Below, piece by piece: positions 22,500 through 34,561 of a stretch of DNA of 39,329 nt. The notes beneath the pieces are model-generated. The model saw only the letters and a program-made list of their open reading frames with translations. It was not told the origin of the DNA and made no database searches. Location of the stretch: contig NKIB01014961.1 in NCBI GenBank assembly GCA_002256025.1, forward strand, positions 1 through 39,329, read 5' to 3'. This DNA comes from Asterionella formosa (lineage: Eukaryota). Positions within the stretch are counted from its first letter, which is position 1, and each line of letters begins with the position of its first letter. The position numbers were made by a program, and so were the translations under genes.

Positions 22500-25443
22500 T
22501 AACATGAATAGAGCACATGTCATTTCATATACATCCTATGGTGGCTGGTTGTTGCAACTTACATGGAGTGGCAACAAGAGTTCGAATTGAATCATGCCAA
22601 GAGTTCGGACCAATCAATTCGCTCGGTTCTTGCTTACTTCGAGAGTCAACAGTCGTTTAAGGATTGAAACAAGCATTTACCCCAGAACACTTTTCAAACC
22701 GTCATGCAAACTTGACTTCATATTGCTGAAGGCAATTGTGTGATGCATCAAGAAAACGAGCGCGTCAGTCGTCAATTTTATAATGACAACTTTACTCCAA
22801 GTGGTTGTGGAAGAGCGCATGCTGTTGTCAGCGCGGCTGGTCGTGCATGGGATCATCAAGCGACTGTCCGTCATCAAGCTCTAGAAGCCAGTCGTACATA
22901 CCATGACTAATGTGGCCCTTGCCCGGTGCATGTTGAAGGGACACATACTTGGGGCAATTGCTTCTAGAACCCTCGTACTCCAGGTGGTTGAGCAGGTCAT
23001 ATGCCTGATCGTCCTAATGGCCATTGATATTCCGGTTTCAGTGGACGAGGACATTTTGGTAGTCTCACACAGTAATCCTACAGAAAGCTACCATACGGAC
23101 ACTGCTTAGTGCCTGTTCCACTTACTCGTATGTTAAATGCATGGGGTTGTAATGCTAATCCATCCGGTTGGGGTGCTGTGCCACGTGCCGACCCTATCGA
23201 GAATATGTCTGCCCAGAAAATTTCAATGGTCAGCCACGAACCCCCATGCCAATCAGCTAGTGGGGGCTTTTGTCCCTACTACACAACAGCAGAATGCTGA
23301 TCGCCATCACAGATGTATGTGCGATAATAGCGATGTTATTCATAATATCTCACATCAGTCATCACCTGGATTATATTGATTATTTACAGGTTGAATGCAC
23401 TATGGATACCGCTGTTGCTGTAACCCCCGGCAGGACATACGTAATTGCATTGATAGACATGACGTCCTACATACATACCAGGGCCCAATTCCGGTTTCCT
23501 GTTTTACTTCTAAGGATATATTAACGTCAATTGATTTGATTCCAATGTCTCTTTTAGCACCACAATTGGTGTGATGCTGTGCCTATGCATAAAATACTAC
23601 AAGTATTATTTGATAGTGGAGGATCCTTATCCTTATTACATGAACGGGTTGTACCTCCTCAAGGTATTTCTTTCTTGTCTAACGAGACTTCCCAATTAAT
23701 ACATACCATAGCTGGTATTTCTTCATCTCATGCCAGTGTTATATTACATGACCTTATTCTACCTGAATTCAATCGATCTGCTTGTATTTTACAACAAAAA
23801 TGTCAAGTTTTCAATGGCCTATGTACATTTGATGCTATTTAGGACTTGATTTTCTTTGTCAAGTTGGTTTAACTATTGATTTTGTAAATAATACCATGTC
23901 TTGTATGGAGATGACTGTTCCTATGCATTCTCTCACATTTTTGATGATGGAGAACGTTTACATGGCTGATGTATTATTACCAAAGCTTCTCCACCGCCCC
24001 AATTTATGGGCCATGGAGGGCAATGAATACAATCCTGTCAATAGGCTAGTAATAATGCGCTATAAAAATTATTGCTTAATATTTTGATGCACCAATGGTA
24101 ATGGAATCCTCATATGCGATGGAAATTAAGCTGATGAATATGAATACGTGAATATTGATAAAGAGGTGGATAAACAGGTGTATTTGTAAACAATTCTACG
24201 GTCATGTTTACAAACCATATTGTCTAAATATCAAACATTATTTGACGGAAAATTAAAAGTTTATACTCATAAACAGGAACATTTGGAATTATTATCAAAT
24301 GCTATTCCCCATCATCAATAAAAGTATCCGGTCGCCCATATTCATTTATCAGTTTTCGGAACCGAATTACAAAGCTTATGTGATGTTGGATTGCTACAAA
24401 AATGTGATTTTTCCAAATGGGCATCTCCTACTTTTATTTTTCCCAAAAGAGATGGAAGTGTCCGATGGGTATCAGATTTTCGTGAATTAAATAAAGTCAT
24501 CAATCACAAAATTTATCCTTTACCTCGAATACAACCTTTTCTCACTGAATGTGCTGGATATGCATTTTTCACCAAATTGGATGTGTCTACTATGCAATAT
24601 TATAAATTTGCATCAGATGTGAAGTGTCAAAATTCATGCGTCATTTCCAATCCGTTTGGTTTATATAAATATTTAAGTGTCCCTATGGGGATGAAACAAT
24701 CATATGACATTGCACAAGAAACTTTTGAAGAGGTTCTCGGTGATTTATATTATGAAAATATTTATATTGATGATGTGGGTTGTTTTTCAATGAATTTTAA
24801 GGATAACCTTCATTCGTTGGACACTATTTTACATCGCTTACAGGCAAATGGTTTCACAATTAATCCATCCAAGTGTGAGTGGGCAGTCCAGCAAGAGATG
24901 GATTGGTTAGGTTATTGGTTAATTACTGAATGACTGAAACATTCTTCTAAAACGTTTCGAGCATTGATCCATATTTCTTCACCTATCAATCTTAAACAAG
25001 TCAGATCATTTCTCGGTACTGTTACCTACTATCGAGACGTGTTACGTCGACGCTCGCATGTTCTCGGACCACTCAGGGTTTTAATTGGAATGGTTCCATT
25101 TGTATGGTTTCCTTTACATCAACAAGCTTTTGAGGAAATGAAAGCATTATTAGTTGCAGATACACTCATACGCTATCCTGATCATATTTTTCCTTTCCAT
25201 ATTTTTACTGATGCTTCTGATTATCAATTAGGGCCAGTCATTATTCAAAATGACCACCCCAGTTGGTTATTATTCTCGCAACTTATCTGCTGCTCAGAAA
25301 AATTATACCACTATCGAAAAAGAATTACTTTCGTGGTAGAAACTTTCAAAGAATTTCGCTCAATGTTATTGGGTGCAGTTTTACATGTTCACACTGATCA
25401 TTGTAATCTTATTTACAGTTACTTTTCAACAAACTATGCATAG
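22500..25443 (+). mobile_element. Degraded Ty3/gypsy LTR retrotransposon (gag, PR, RT, RNase H; integrase missing)
   Basis: Gag knuckle CPVHVEGTHTWGNC (22920-22961), protease VLFDSG (~23610), RT WASPTF..DFRELN..YPLPRI..PFGLY..YIDD (24391-24933) and RNase H FTDASDYQLG..HTDH (24964-25443). Many stops and frameshifts. Confidence 0.93.
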
Positions 25444-25522
25444 TATTACAGAACGAATTAATTTTCGTCGCATCAAGCAAACCTTTTCATATAGGTAATA
25501 AAAGGTATTCCCTTAAAAATTA

Positions 25523-25694
25523 TGTAGTGTGGGAGAGTGAGCAATCCCGCCATTTCAATACAGATGTGTATAGGATTAGGGTTATATCATATATATCAGA
25601 ACTCAATATTGAGAGAACTCGACTGACACCTGTTACATACACACCAACGAGGTGTACATCAAGATTAACTAATAAAAAGCTCATACATTCAACA
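25523..25694 (+). mobile_element. Possible solo LTR
   Basis: TGTAG...CAACA ends with ATTA immediately on both sides, an internal TATATA and an AATAAA near the 3' end. Confidence 0.35.
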
Positions 25695-26034
25695 ATTATT
25701 ACTACTCCTTCCGGTAGTTAGATACTTCACCAGGTACCTGGTACCCTGGTACCAAGAGCCTGGTACCTGTTACTGGTGCTTTGTCTACCATTCATACCAG
25801 TAAGTAAGGAAGGTCCCGTGAACTCCCGTATGCGGAGCCAGCCTCTTTGAACCTACCGGTAGGCGCCTACTTGTCTACTTGTAGTTCATGTAGACCCAAC
25901 CATATTACCGGTACCAGGTACCAGGTACCACCAGATAGTACCTGGTATCTCAATGCGATCTGACTGAGGTGTTATTTTGGGATCGAATTTTGTTGACTCA
26001 TGTCAATTCACAAGATCAAACCTTCGATTCCATC

Positions 26035-26463
26035 ATGGTTCCCCGAATGTCCGTTGTTTTCTTGCTGGCTATTCTTACCACAGCCAGTTCTTGGGTTTCC
26101 ATGCCTACCCTAAGTCGTAAGGATTTTTTCCAAAAGGCCATTTCGTTTGGAGCGGCCGCGACAATGGCTCCAGTCACCGCCAAAGCTGTCGACTTTTCCG
26201 GATCGTACGAGGACCCATTCCACCCCAACTGCAAGCGCATAATTTCAATGAACGGGTCTTCTACAAAGCTTAAAGGTACTGACGGTTCTCCGGGATGTCC
26301 CGCGGATGGTAGTGGTAAAGCATGGTCCCTAGATGGAATTGTCAAGGGTAACGAAATATTTGTTGACTTCACTCCCAAAGGTGGACCAAAGGATCTGAAA
26401 GGGGTCTGGGATGGATCTGGGATCAATTGGCCCGATGGCAGCAAGTGGAGCATCAAGAACTAA
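26035..26463 (+). CDS. Small protein of unknown function, probably plastid/thylakoid-lumen targeted
   Basis: ATG at 26035 (the ORF-track start at 25969 is GTG). Signal peptide ..TASS|W, then SRKDFF, a hydrophobic stretch and AKA. Mature domain YEDPFHPNC..GC..VDFTPKGGPKDL..WPDGSKW. Confidence 0.78.
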   Translation: MVPRMSVVFLLAILTTASSWVSMPTLSRKDFFQKAISFGAAATMAPVTAKAVDFSGSYEDPFHPNCKRIISMNGSSTKLKGTDGSPGCPADGSGKAWSLDGIVKGNEIFVDFTPKGGPKDLKGVWDGSGINWPDGSKWSIKN

Positions 26464-26512
26464 ACCTAATAGCTACTAGTGTCATTTACTTAGAAACCTA
26501 GCATTTCAAGTT

Positions 26513-28546
26513 TCAACTGAATCGATTGTTCTTTCGCCTTGAATTCCATTGTGCAAGCTCCTCTTGTTTCTTTCTTTCTTCTTCCAGGCGTGTAGTCTCA
26601 CCCTCGTCATCACTTTCTATTGGAAGTTCTTCAAAGCCAATTCCGCGCATACGTGTCAGAGCCATAAAGACTTCATATCTTCGAGGACGATAGAAAAATC
26701 CCACACTCTCAACGAGGTGTACCCAAGTTGGATCGGCTGCATTCCCCACGTTTGGAAGCAAGCATGCCATTCCTCCAGAGGCGTAAGCCTCGTCGAGCTT
26801 ACCCAGAAGGTCAGCAATGCCGAGTGAAGGATTTAATTGTGACATTTTCAAAATCCATGCAACGCATAAACCGCAGCCGAAAAGTTGGGATTTCTTACCC
26901 ATAAGTTGTTCACAACGTGACATGTCAATTTCTCCATAGCCTTCTATTTCAACATGGTGCTCGCCCTCAATTGCTATCATATTCACACCCTCCACAAGTG
27001 AGACTCCAATATTGCCATAAAATAGTTTCATCGAGTCCTGAGTGGGACGCCGGTGGATTGGGGTCCCTCCTTTGTCCCATTCAAGTCTATGGACCACTCC
27101 TCTTCCGGCATACTGCACGTGACCGTAGGAAAATTGACGACTAATGGATTCGGCTTTCTTGGTTGCATCTGATGCAATGTATTTATCGAGGAGGATGACA
27201 TTGTTGGGAACGTCGAGCCAGTCCCCAACACCTCCAACGACAACAACTGAAGATATACCATGTGAGTTATAGAGTCCATTGACCCGATAAAGAAGTGGTG
27301 TAATGCTTTCATCTGCGACTAGGGCCCGCATTCGTCCATCTCGTGCCATAAAGTTGGCAGCACTAACATCTTCATCCACAAGAAGTGCGGACGCCCCCAT
27401 TTCGATTGCCTCAGACACGTTGGCGGCTTGGGATGTGGACCCAGAAGCTTCACGAGTGGAAAACCGTTTCGTATCCAGTGTACTTGTCATACCCTTGGGA
27501 GCCGGTAGATTGGAAATAAAGGCACTCACATTGCAATTGTTGACATAGCGCCCGTCCTCTGCTCGAACACAAACGGCATCACTGACGGTGACACAAAACT
27601 CTCGTCCGTCTCCAGGAACTTTGTTATACACACCAGCCGCAATAGTCCGAAGCATAGTTGATTTTCCATGGTAGCCCCCTCCGACAATCAACGTGATTCC
27701 TTCGGGGACAATCATACCTGTGATAACAACAGTCGACTCAGTGGACATGGAGGAAAACTCTCCAGGTAGAAAAGTTGTGAGCGAGCCCATTTCGACGGAT
27801 AAGGTAGCACTCAGCCGACTTCCGTCCACTGTAATAGTGGCGCTGAGGCGGCTTTCCGATGGAGCCTTGAAGGGGACTGCAGGCGGACTCTGCATAGGTT
27901 GGCTGCTCGCTCCACTTCGTCGGGGAAGAATGGACCCATCCGCAATGAACGCAACGACTTTCATTTTTCGAAGTTCCTCGCGCATCCTATTTTGTAAAAT
28001 TGCACATGCGACGTGCTCCATGGCCCCACGGCCAACCTCGATGGTCTGAGACAGGAAAACTAATGTAGGCTCTTTCAGCATCTCAAATGTAAAGTCCTCT
28101 GGAATTCCATCGATCTTCTTCTCGTCGGAAATTTCTGTGTTTCCTGTAATACTGTCAAAACTCTGTACAAGTGCCCGAACGTAGACAACAAGCTTTTCGC
28201 CTTGACAATAAATGTCACTGCGCTCCAGAATAAAGGGAACATCGTTACTTGGTGGTTTCTTGTGACGCCTTTGTTTGGATCGCATCGATCGGTCAAGAGG
28301 TTCGATTAGCACTCGTAAGGCGCCGAAGTTATGTTCAAATTCAGACAGCGCAACCTGGCGAGCGCAGAAGTCTGCAAGCGCCACAGCTGCTTCTCGTCCT
28401 CCTTCCTTCAGGATTGCGCGATGGCTTGGCTCCTGCACCAATGCATCCCACTCAATCTCGGATTTTAGAATGAAGGTGTCCCGAGGTTTCTCGGAAGCAG
28501 TTCCATTGTCCAAAACGGGATCGTTATAGCTTAAAATGGACCACAT
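26513..28546 (-). CDS. Predicted ABC-class ATPase (ABC_ATPase / MRB1590-like family)
   Basis: Motifs FIADGSILPRRSG, Walker A GGGYHGKST, VPGDGREF, RAEDGR, ASGSTSQAAN and Walker B LLVDED. Confidence 0.9.
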   Translation of the reverse strand: MWSILSYNDPVLDNGTASEKPRDTFILKSEIEWDALVQEPSHRAILKEGGREAAVALADFCARQVALSEFEHNFGALRVLIEPLDRSMRSKQRRHKKPPSNDVPFILERSDIYCQGEKLVVYVRALVQSFDSITGNTEISDEKKIDGIPEDFTFEMLKEPTLVFLSQTIEVGRGAMEHVACAILQNRMREELRKMKVVAFIADGSILPRRSGASSQPMQSPPAVPFKAPSESRLSATITVDGSRLSATLSVEMGSLTTFLPGEFSSMSTESTVVITGMIVPEGITLIVGGGYHGKSTMLRTIAAGVYNKVPGDGREFCVTVSDAVCVRAEDGRYVNNCNVSAFISNLPAPKGMTSTLDTKRFSTREASGSTSQAANVSEAIEMGASALLVDEDVSAANFMARDGRMRALVADESITPLLYRVNGLYNSHGISSVVVVGGVGDWLDVPNNVILLDKYIASDATKKAESISRQFSYGHVQYAGRGVVHRLEWDKGGTPIHRRPTQDSMKLFYGNIGVSLVEGVNMIAIEGEHHVEIEGYGEIDMSRCEQLMGKKSQLFGCGLCVAWILKMSQLNPSLGIADLLGKLDEAYASGGMACLLPNVGNAADPTWVHLVESVGFFYRPRRYEVFMALTRMRGIGFEELPIESDDEGETTRLEEERKKQEELAQWNSRRKNNRFS

Positions 28547-29307
28547 GAAACAGATTACTCAGGTTCTCGAGTAGCGAAGAAGATTATGAGCATAGTAAAG
28601 TTGTTGAACTCTGTACTCGTCACACTTCTTTAAAAAATGTTGAAAAGGCAACAAAAGAAGGCCGACCCTGACCGATGTCACATACTGGTGGTACCAGGTA
28701 CCAGTGTAGGATAGCCACAGTATACAAGAATACAAGTATGCACTGGTACCTTGCACCAGGGTACCTGGTAGTTAGTACATATCTCTAAATTATACGGAGT
28801 ACCTGAATGTACCGGTATGTATCATAGTAGGGCCTACATCAGCAAAGGGAAAGTGCAACAAGGAACGACCAGTCGTATGTAGCATACCGGTACAAGGTAC
28901 CTGGTACCATGGTTCCATGCCGGTAGTAGACGACACACTATCATCAGACATGCGAGTGCGCTGCCCCAGTAAACATCTGCATTCAACCACTGATTCCTGC
29001 CATTTGATTGATTCATTAGACTAAACGTTAACTTTACTCCTCTCTGACGTACCGGTAGATGTTTGTGGTACCTGGTATTGATGTAAGAAGGAGTCAGCAT
29101 ATGTTACCATCATGTTCAGAGTTACGCTTGCGACCCCAGCACAATTACAAATTGCGAGGGCTGTATTTTCCCAAAATATTTTTATGATGTTCCTCAATCT
29201 ACACCTTACCAGCAACTAATATTATAGTTTAAGGTAAAATTAGCTTTCACCAATACCACCACTTTGCAGATGCTTAGATACGTCATTGGTTGACTTGAGG
29301 GTATTTT

Positions 29308-29472
29308 CCATCTTCAGATATGGAAAGGACCTCATTTCTGGGAAGAAGTGGCAGTTATCCCTCGAGGAATTGTAACTATCCCAAAAATAGTCAAAAAGGG
29401 GCTAAGAAAATTCTACCAGGGAGAACTGCCACTTCTCTCCAGAAGTTAACTCCTGACCATTTTGGATCATGG
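29308..29472. repeat. Long imperfect hairpin/inverted repeat
   Basis: 29336-29371 (ttctgggaagaagtggcagttatccctcgaggaatt) matches the reverse complement of 29409-29444 (ttctggagagaagtggcagttctccctggtagaatt). Weaker pairing extends to 29308/29472. Confidence 0.8.
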
Positions 29473-30079
29473 CTATATATTGTTATCTTCATGAAACCCC
29501 ACAGATTTAGAGCAATCCTCCTCTAAACAGTCGACCCTATTGATCAGCAAAATATTGAAATCGGAATCTGTCTGTGCGAAAACATTCTTGTAGTATACAA
29601 AAGAGTCTTGTGTAGGTATATATGTGTGCATAGCTAATTATCTGTTCGAAAAGGCGCCATGGTTAGTTACCATGTAACAACAAATATTCTGATTGGTTGA
29701 ATTTATTTTACTCACCTGCTCCAGATTGGCTGGTGTATCCTGGTCTCGGAAAATCTCGTCAGCCACACTTGCACCACATTTATTAGATGAATCAGTAAAA
29801 TCAGCACTATCAGTAGTTTCATGTATGACATCAACACGAGGAGGTGCTTGCATTTTGCTGTAGTTGTATGGTCATCATAGTGCATTGCTAGTCTATACAT
29901 GTGCTCTGGCAGGGAGTAGAATTATATCTTCATTGAGCAATGTTGATATAACATAAACGCCTTCATTTTGTTTGAAATGGAACTCTTTCAATGTGGCGCC
30001 AATCTCTAATTAGTTTAAATATCAGGACAGATACTTGCAACATGGGAACACACAGAAACAAATTCCCTGCTCCATGGCA

Positions 30080-30429
30080 CTTTTACAACCCTAGCCAAGC
30101 TTTACTCCAAACTAGGGTCAAGCCGGGGCCGCAACAACCTTAAATTAAACATCTGTTTCAGGAGATACACATGCAAACATGTACATAGTCAAATTTTCTA
30201 GTTTTCTGGCTTCGTTATTAAAGCTAAAACTCGTTAAAGTTGTTTCCCCACGGCTCTTTTACAACCCTAGCCAAGCTGTACTCCAAACTAGGGTCAAGCC
30301 GGGGCCGCAACAACCTTAAATTAAACATCTGTTTCAGGAGATACACATGCAAACATGCACATAGTCAAAAATTTCTAGTTTTCTGGCTTCGTTATTAAAG
30401 CAAAAACTCGTTAAAGTTGTTCCCCCACG
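30080..30429 (+). repeat. Near-identical ~176-bp tandem duplication
   Basis: Copies start at 30080 and 30256 (cttttacaaccctagccaagct.tactccaaactagggtcaagccggggccgc...) and differ at only a few positions. Confidence 0.95.
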
Positions 30430-32501
30430 ATTTTGACGAAGTCAATCAATAAAAGCCTATAGTACTTTTTAAGACTATTTCATAGCAATTATCTGTCAAC
30501 TTCGATTTGGTACCCCTAAAGTCCACAACACGACAACGCTAGTGACTCAACAAAGACCATGGTGGTAACTTTTGAAACCATGATGGATCTCAAAACAACC
30601 TTTAAAGCCAACTGGCAGTCCTGTCCTATGCACTTGGATGATCAAGGCGAAGTCTGTTCAGGTGTTGTAGAAAGAGTGAGCTCATTGTTATTGAACTATA
30701 TTTACTCGCTAGGTAGATCAAATATTGGAAAGTGGGCATTTGAGAACCCTTGAGACTGCATAGATCATTGTGACTTGTTACCCTTGGTTTATACTTAAGG
30801 GTTATATAGTTCATTCACTAATCCTTGCTGGGTTTATTCCTAGCTTTGATGTTAAGTCAATATTACTTATGGGATTCCGCTTACTCGAGCATAAGTCTTA
30901 GGTTAGTCTAGGTGATTCCACCTTAACCATTAGGAATCAATGTATGAGACCCTACGTCGAGATCAGACATTGTAGTAAGTGGTCTGAAGAGGTAATGCCT
31001 CTCGCTAGGCTAACTATTAGTCCTAGATGTCTGTACTGAATCATGACTCTGGATTAGTGTATATTGTTGCGCTATCTTTACATGTCAGATCCATCGAGTT
31101 ATTTGGTATCTACATTAGTAGAGCTCGTGGATATAGTCAATGATGCTATATAGTTTTGGTCAATTATAGTTATGTACATAGTCTGATGTATAGGTCATGC
31201 TATGCACCATAGATCAAGTCCTGTTTATTTGCCTTCATTGGAGACCATGTGTGATTGTAACAGTATAGTCATAATCTGTTCTGCCAGGTTCTTTCGACTT
31301 TAATTTGCTTGAAATGAACTTAGCTTTATTAACCATGACATGTCTTCAGCTTGTGATTGTTTGTTGCTATTATGGGTTTCAATTTGAGTTTATGATTGAG
31401 AATTTTTTCACAACTGGCTGCATGAATCTAAATACTATGTGTTGCTAGCTATATAGGTATCAGGCAGCTTAGCTGGTAGTGGATGCTTTCATACTTCTAC
31501 CTGATGGTACATTGCTGTCCCCAACTTTTTCATTAATATCCATTCATTATTATGTGCGAGGGATGCTAGGCAGGCTAAGGTTTCTCGGTTGGTTCACTTT
31601 TGAAATACGGTATTAAAAACTACTTTCGGGTATGTATATTTGCTATCATAGGCTGTACACAAATGGAAGGTACCCTCATTCACCGGTATATTATTATGTA
31701 TGCCACCGGATTCTCATGCACGACATGTTGCAAGTATTCCTACTTCACAGGCATGATACATGACCACTCTGGTACAGACTACCATTGTATTTAGTAACGA
31801 AAAGCGAAAGCGAAGAGCTCCGAGTAAACATACACAACCTAGCTGGCGGTATAATAGCAGGATAAATTCTCGTACTATACCGGTACTTTCCCATTGTCCC
31901 TGGGCATATTAGTTGAACGTGAAGTCCATTCCATACCGTGGTTTTACCCATAGTCAAACTGTTGATGTGGTTACAACTATCGTCATCATTTCGTTAATGC
32001 GACTGAGTCATTAATTTCAAAGGGTCGACAAGAGAAAGAATTCTCTGGAACTTTGTGTGACTTTATGGGATGACCGACTTGGTACTAAAAAAGCAATCCA
32101 CGACATCAAGGAACCCTCAGGATCTTCGTTAGCCAGCTGACTCGTTGTCTCAACTTAGGTGGAAGAAGCAGTGTTTTTTCGATGAGCAGGGATCTCTACC
32201 AACACCATGTGACGGTGAACAGTGTGGTTTCATGTAATACGGTTATTGTGGGAGTACCGGTAGCGAAGGTGAGAATTTCGAACGATTGAATCTCATGTAC
32301 TACCGGTATGTAACACTACATGCGGTACCTGTTGCCCCTGGTACCAACTCCACATTCTTAGGTACGGTATATAGAAAATATTTAGTACAATGATGACGAC
32401 AGAGTGACGATGCCTCATCTTTTAGATACTACTTATACTTTTTATCTTTATACATCTCATTTTTTACATTGATGAATGAAGTAAACTAGAAAATAAAAAT
32501 C

Positions 32502-33904
32502 ATGAAAAAAATTGGTACCGGTATTGCAATTCTTTCTCTGGCTCTTGCCATCCCTGTTGCTGCTCGACTCCTCTCTATCTTTGCCATTGCCCAGGAAGAT
32601 GGGAGATTTACCACTCTTGCAGTTGCTTTAAAGATTGCTGGCCTTGACAGCAATCTCAACTGTTCCATCAATTGTCGCAGTTTCACAGCAGTTGCTCCCA
32701 CTGACAATGCTTTTGCCCTTCTTGACAAGGCACTTGTCACCAAACTCACAACAAATAAAGAATACTTGGAGCACCTCAAGCAACTCTTACTCTATCATGT
32801 CATCCCTGGGCGCATCTTAAGCGGCGCAATTAATAATGGTGCAAGTATCCACACATTGCAAGGCGAAGCCATCAAAGCGACAAAGATTAATGGCAAAATT
32901 ACGCTCAATGGCAGTGCAAATGTTGTCGTAGCCAACATTGTTGCCACAAACGGTGTCGTGCATGCTATCGACAAGGTCCTGATTCCAAGCTTCCTTAAAA
33001 AAGATTTGGTCGCTGTTGCAGCCTCCACTACAAACTTTAAGACCTTGGTCGCCGCTGTCAGCGCTGTTCCCGGACTCGTTAATGTATTGAAGACTGGACC
33101 TTTTACCATTTTTGCACCAAGCAATGCTGCATTCGCAAAATTGGGCACAGCCACCGTCAACTCTCTTCTCGCAGACCCGAGCGGTCGTCTTGCTGAAATC
33201 CTCAAGTATCACGTGGTTCCCGGTATTGTCACCAAGCAAGAGCTGAAGGATGGGTACATTCCCACTGTCTTTGGTCCAAGCATCAAAGTGGATATAAGTA
33301 GCTCTGGATCATTTCTCAATGGCGTTTCCAAAATTGGTGCAGCCAATATTTTGGCTTCTAATGGGGTGATCCATGTGATTGTAAGTGCTTGCCAACTGGG
33401 TGGTCACTATTCTTGTGACAGTAATGCCTAACCGAGAATTTGTCGTTTGATTTATTTTCATGGAATTTGCAGGATACAGTCCTCATTCCTCCACCAAAAA
33501 ACCTTGCCAACACGTTGATAGACAAAGGGTTTAGCTCCTTGGTTGCTGCAGCCAAAAAGGCTGGCCTTGTGTCAACTCTTTCAACTGGGGGCCCTTTCAC
33601 CATATTCGCGCCAACAAACGCTGCCTTTGCCAAATTAGGAGACATCTCGTCGCTTTCCCCAGCTGCTCTAAAGAATATTCTTCTTTATCACGTTATCCCT
33701 GGAAGAGTTCTTGCGAAGGATCTCAAAGTGGGCGCGGTGAAAACTGTGCAAGGAACCACCATTCATGTGAACATTGCTGTTTCAACAGTGAATGGCACGA
33801 GGGTAACAACTGTCACTCTGGATGGCGGCTCCAAGGTCATCAACACAGATACGATTGCGATGAATGGAGTCATCCACACAATCAATAAGGTTTTGATGCC
33901 TTAA
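32502..33904 (+). CDS. Secreted fasciclin protein with three FAS1 domains, 2 exons
   Basis: Exons 32502-33380 and 33473-33904, intron GTAAGT..TGCAG. Signal peptide, then three sets of FTxxAPxxxAF / LxYHV / NGVxHxIDxVL. Confidence 0.92.
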
Positions 33905-34561
33905 TCATTGAGCAACTCAAATATCTTTTGAACAAACTATATGATATATCAAATGTATTCTACATACTTGTTAATTCCATGTACCGGTAATAATCTTTCT
34001 TTTCATTTGGATCTTTCTTTTTTGTCAACATACCGGTAGTTGGCACCGGTAAATGTACCTGTACTAAATATTTACCGTAGCACAGATACTCCAGTACCGG
34101 TAATGGCTGCCTGGATATTATCTAGAGGACATATCATGTAGGAGGAATGTGTAGAACCAGGCACTCCAAGTTATTCGAAAATTAATGGTATATTTATTCA
34201 TGTGTAATTTACATTGACGTGCCGTACGCATTCCGGTACCGGTACCAGGTAGCTATCTAATATAACGGGCGGAAATCATGATTTATGCATACTTCACTAC
34301 ATAGCAGATCTTATCTTACACATGCTTAACACTTCACACCGTGCATGACGAAATTACGAATACTGACGCCGGACATACAAGATTCCTTTCAAACCAGCAA
34401 AAATAGTGCTGAAAAACATTTTACTTCTCATCTTGCTTCGTTGTCATCGCAGTACCTGGTGCCAGTATACCGGACGGGTTAGACCACACAGCCGCCACCT
34501 CCGCGCCTCATTGTTGTTATCCTTTTCTCCTTTTTCAAAGTTGTTGCATACCGTAGCGACG

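Noticed and set aside
30776..31262. Solo LTR with TGTTAC...GTAACA ends
   Set aside because: Flanks (tgact versus gtata) give no TSD and there is no adjacent PBS or PPT.
34406..34561. 52-aa N-terminal extension of PWP1
   Set aside because: GTG start in a eukaryote; homology begins at ATG 34562.
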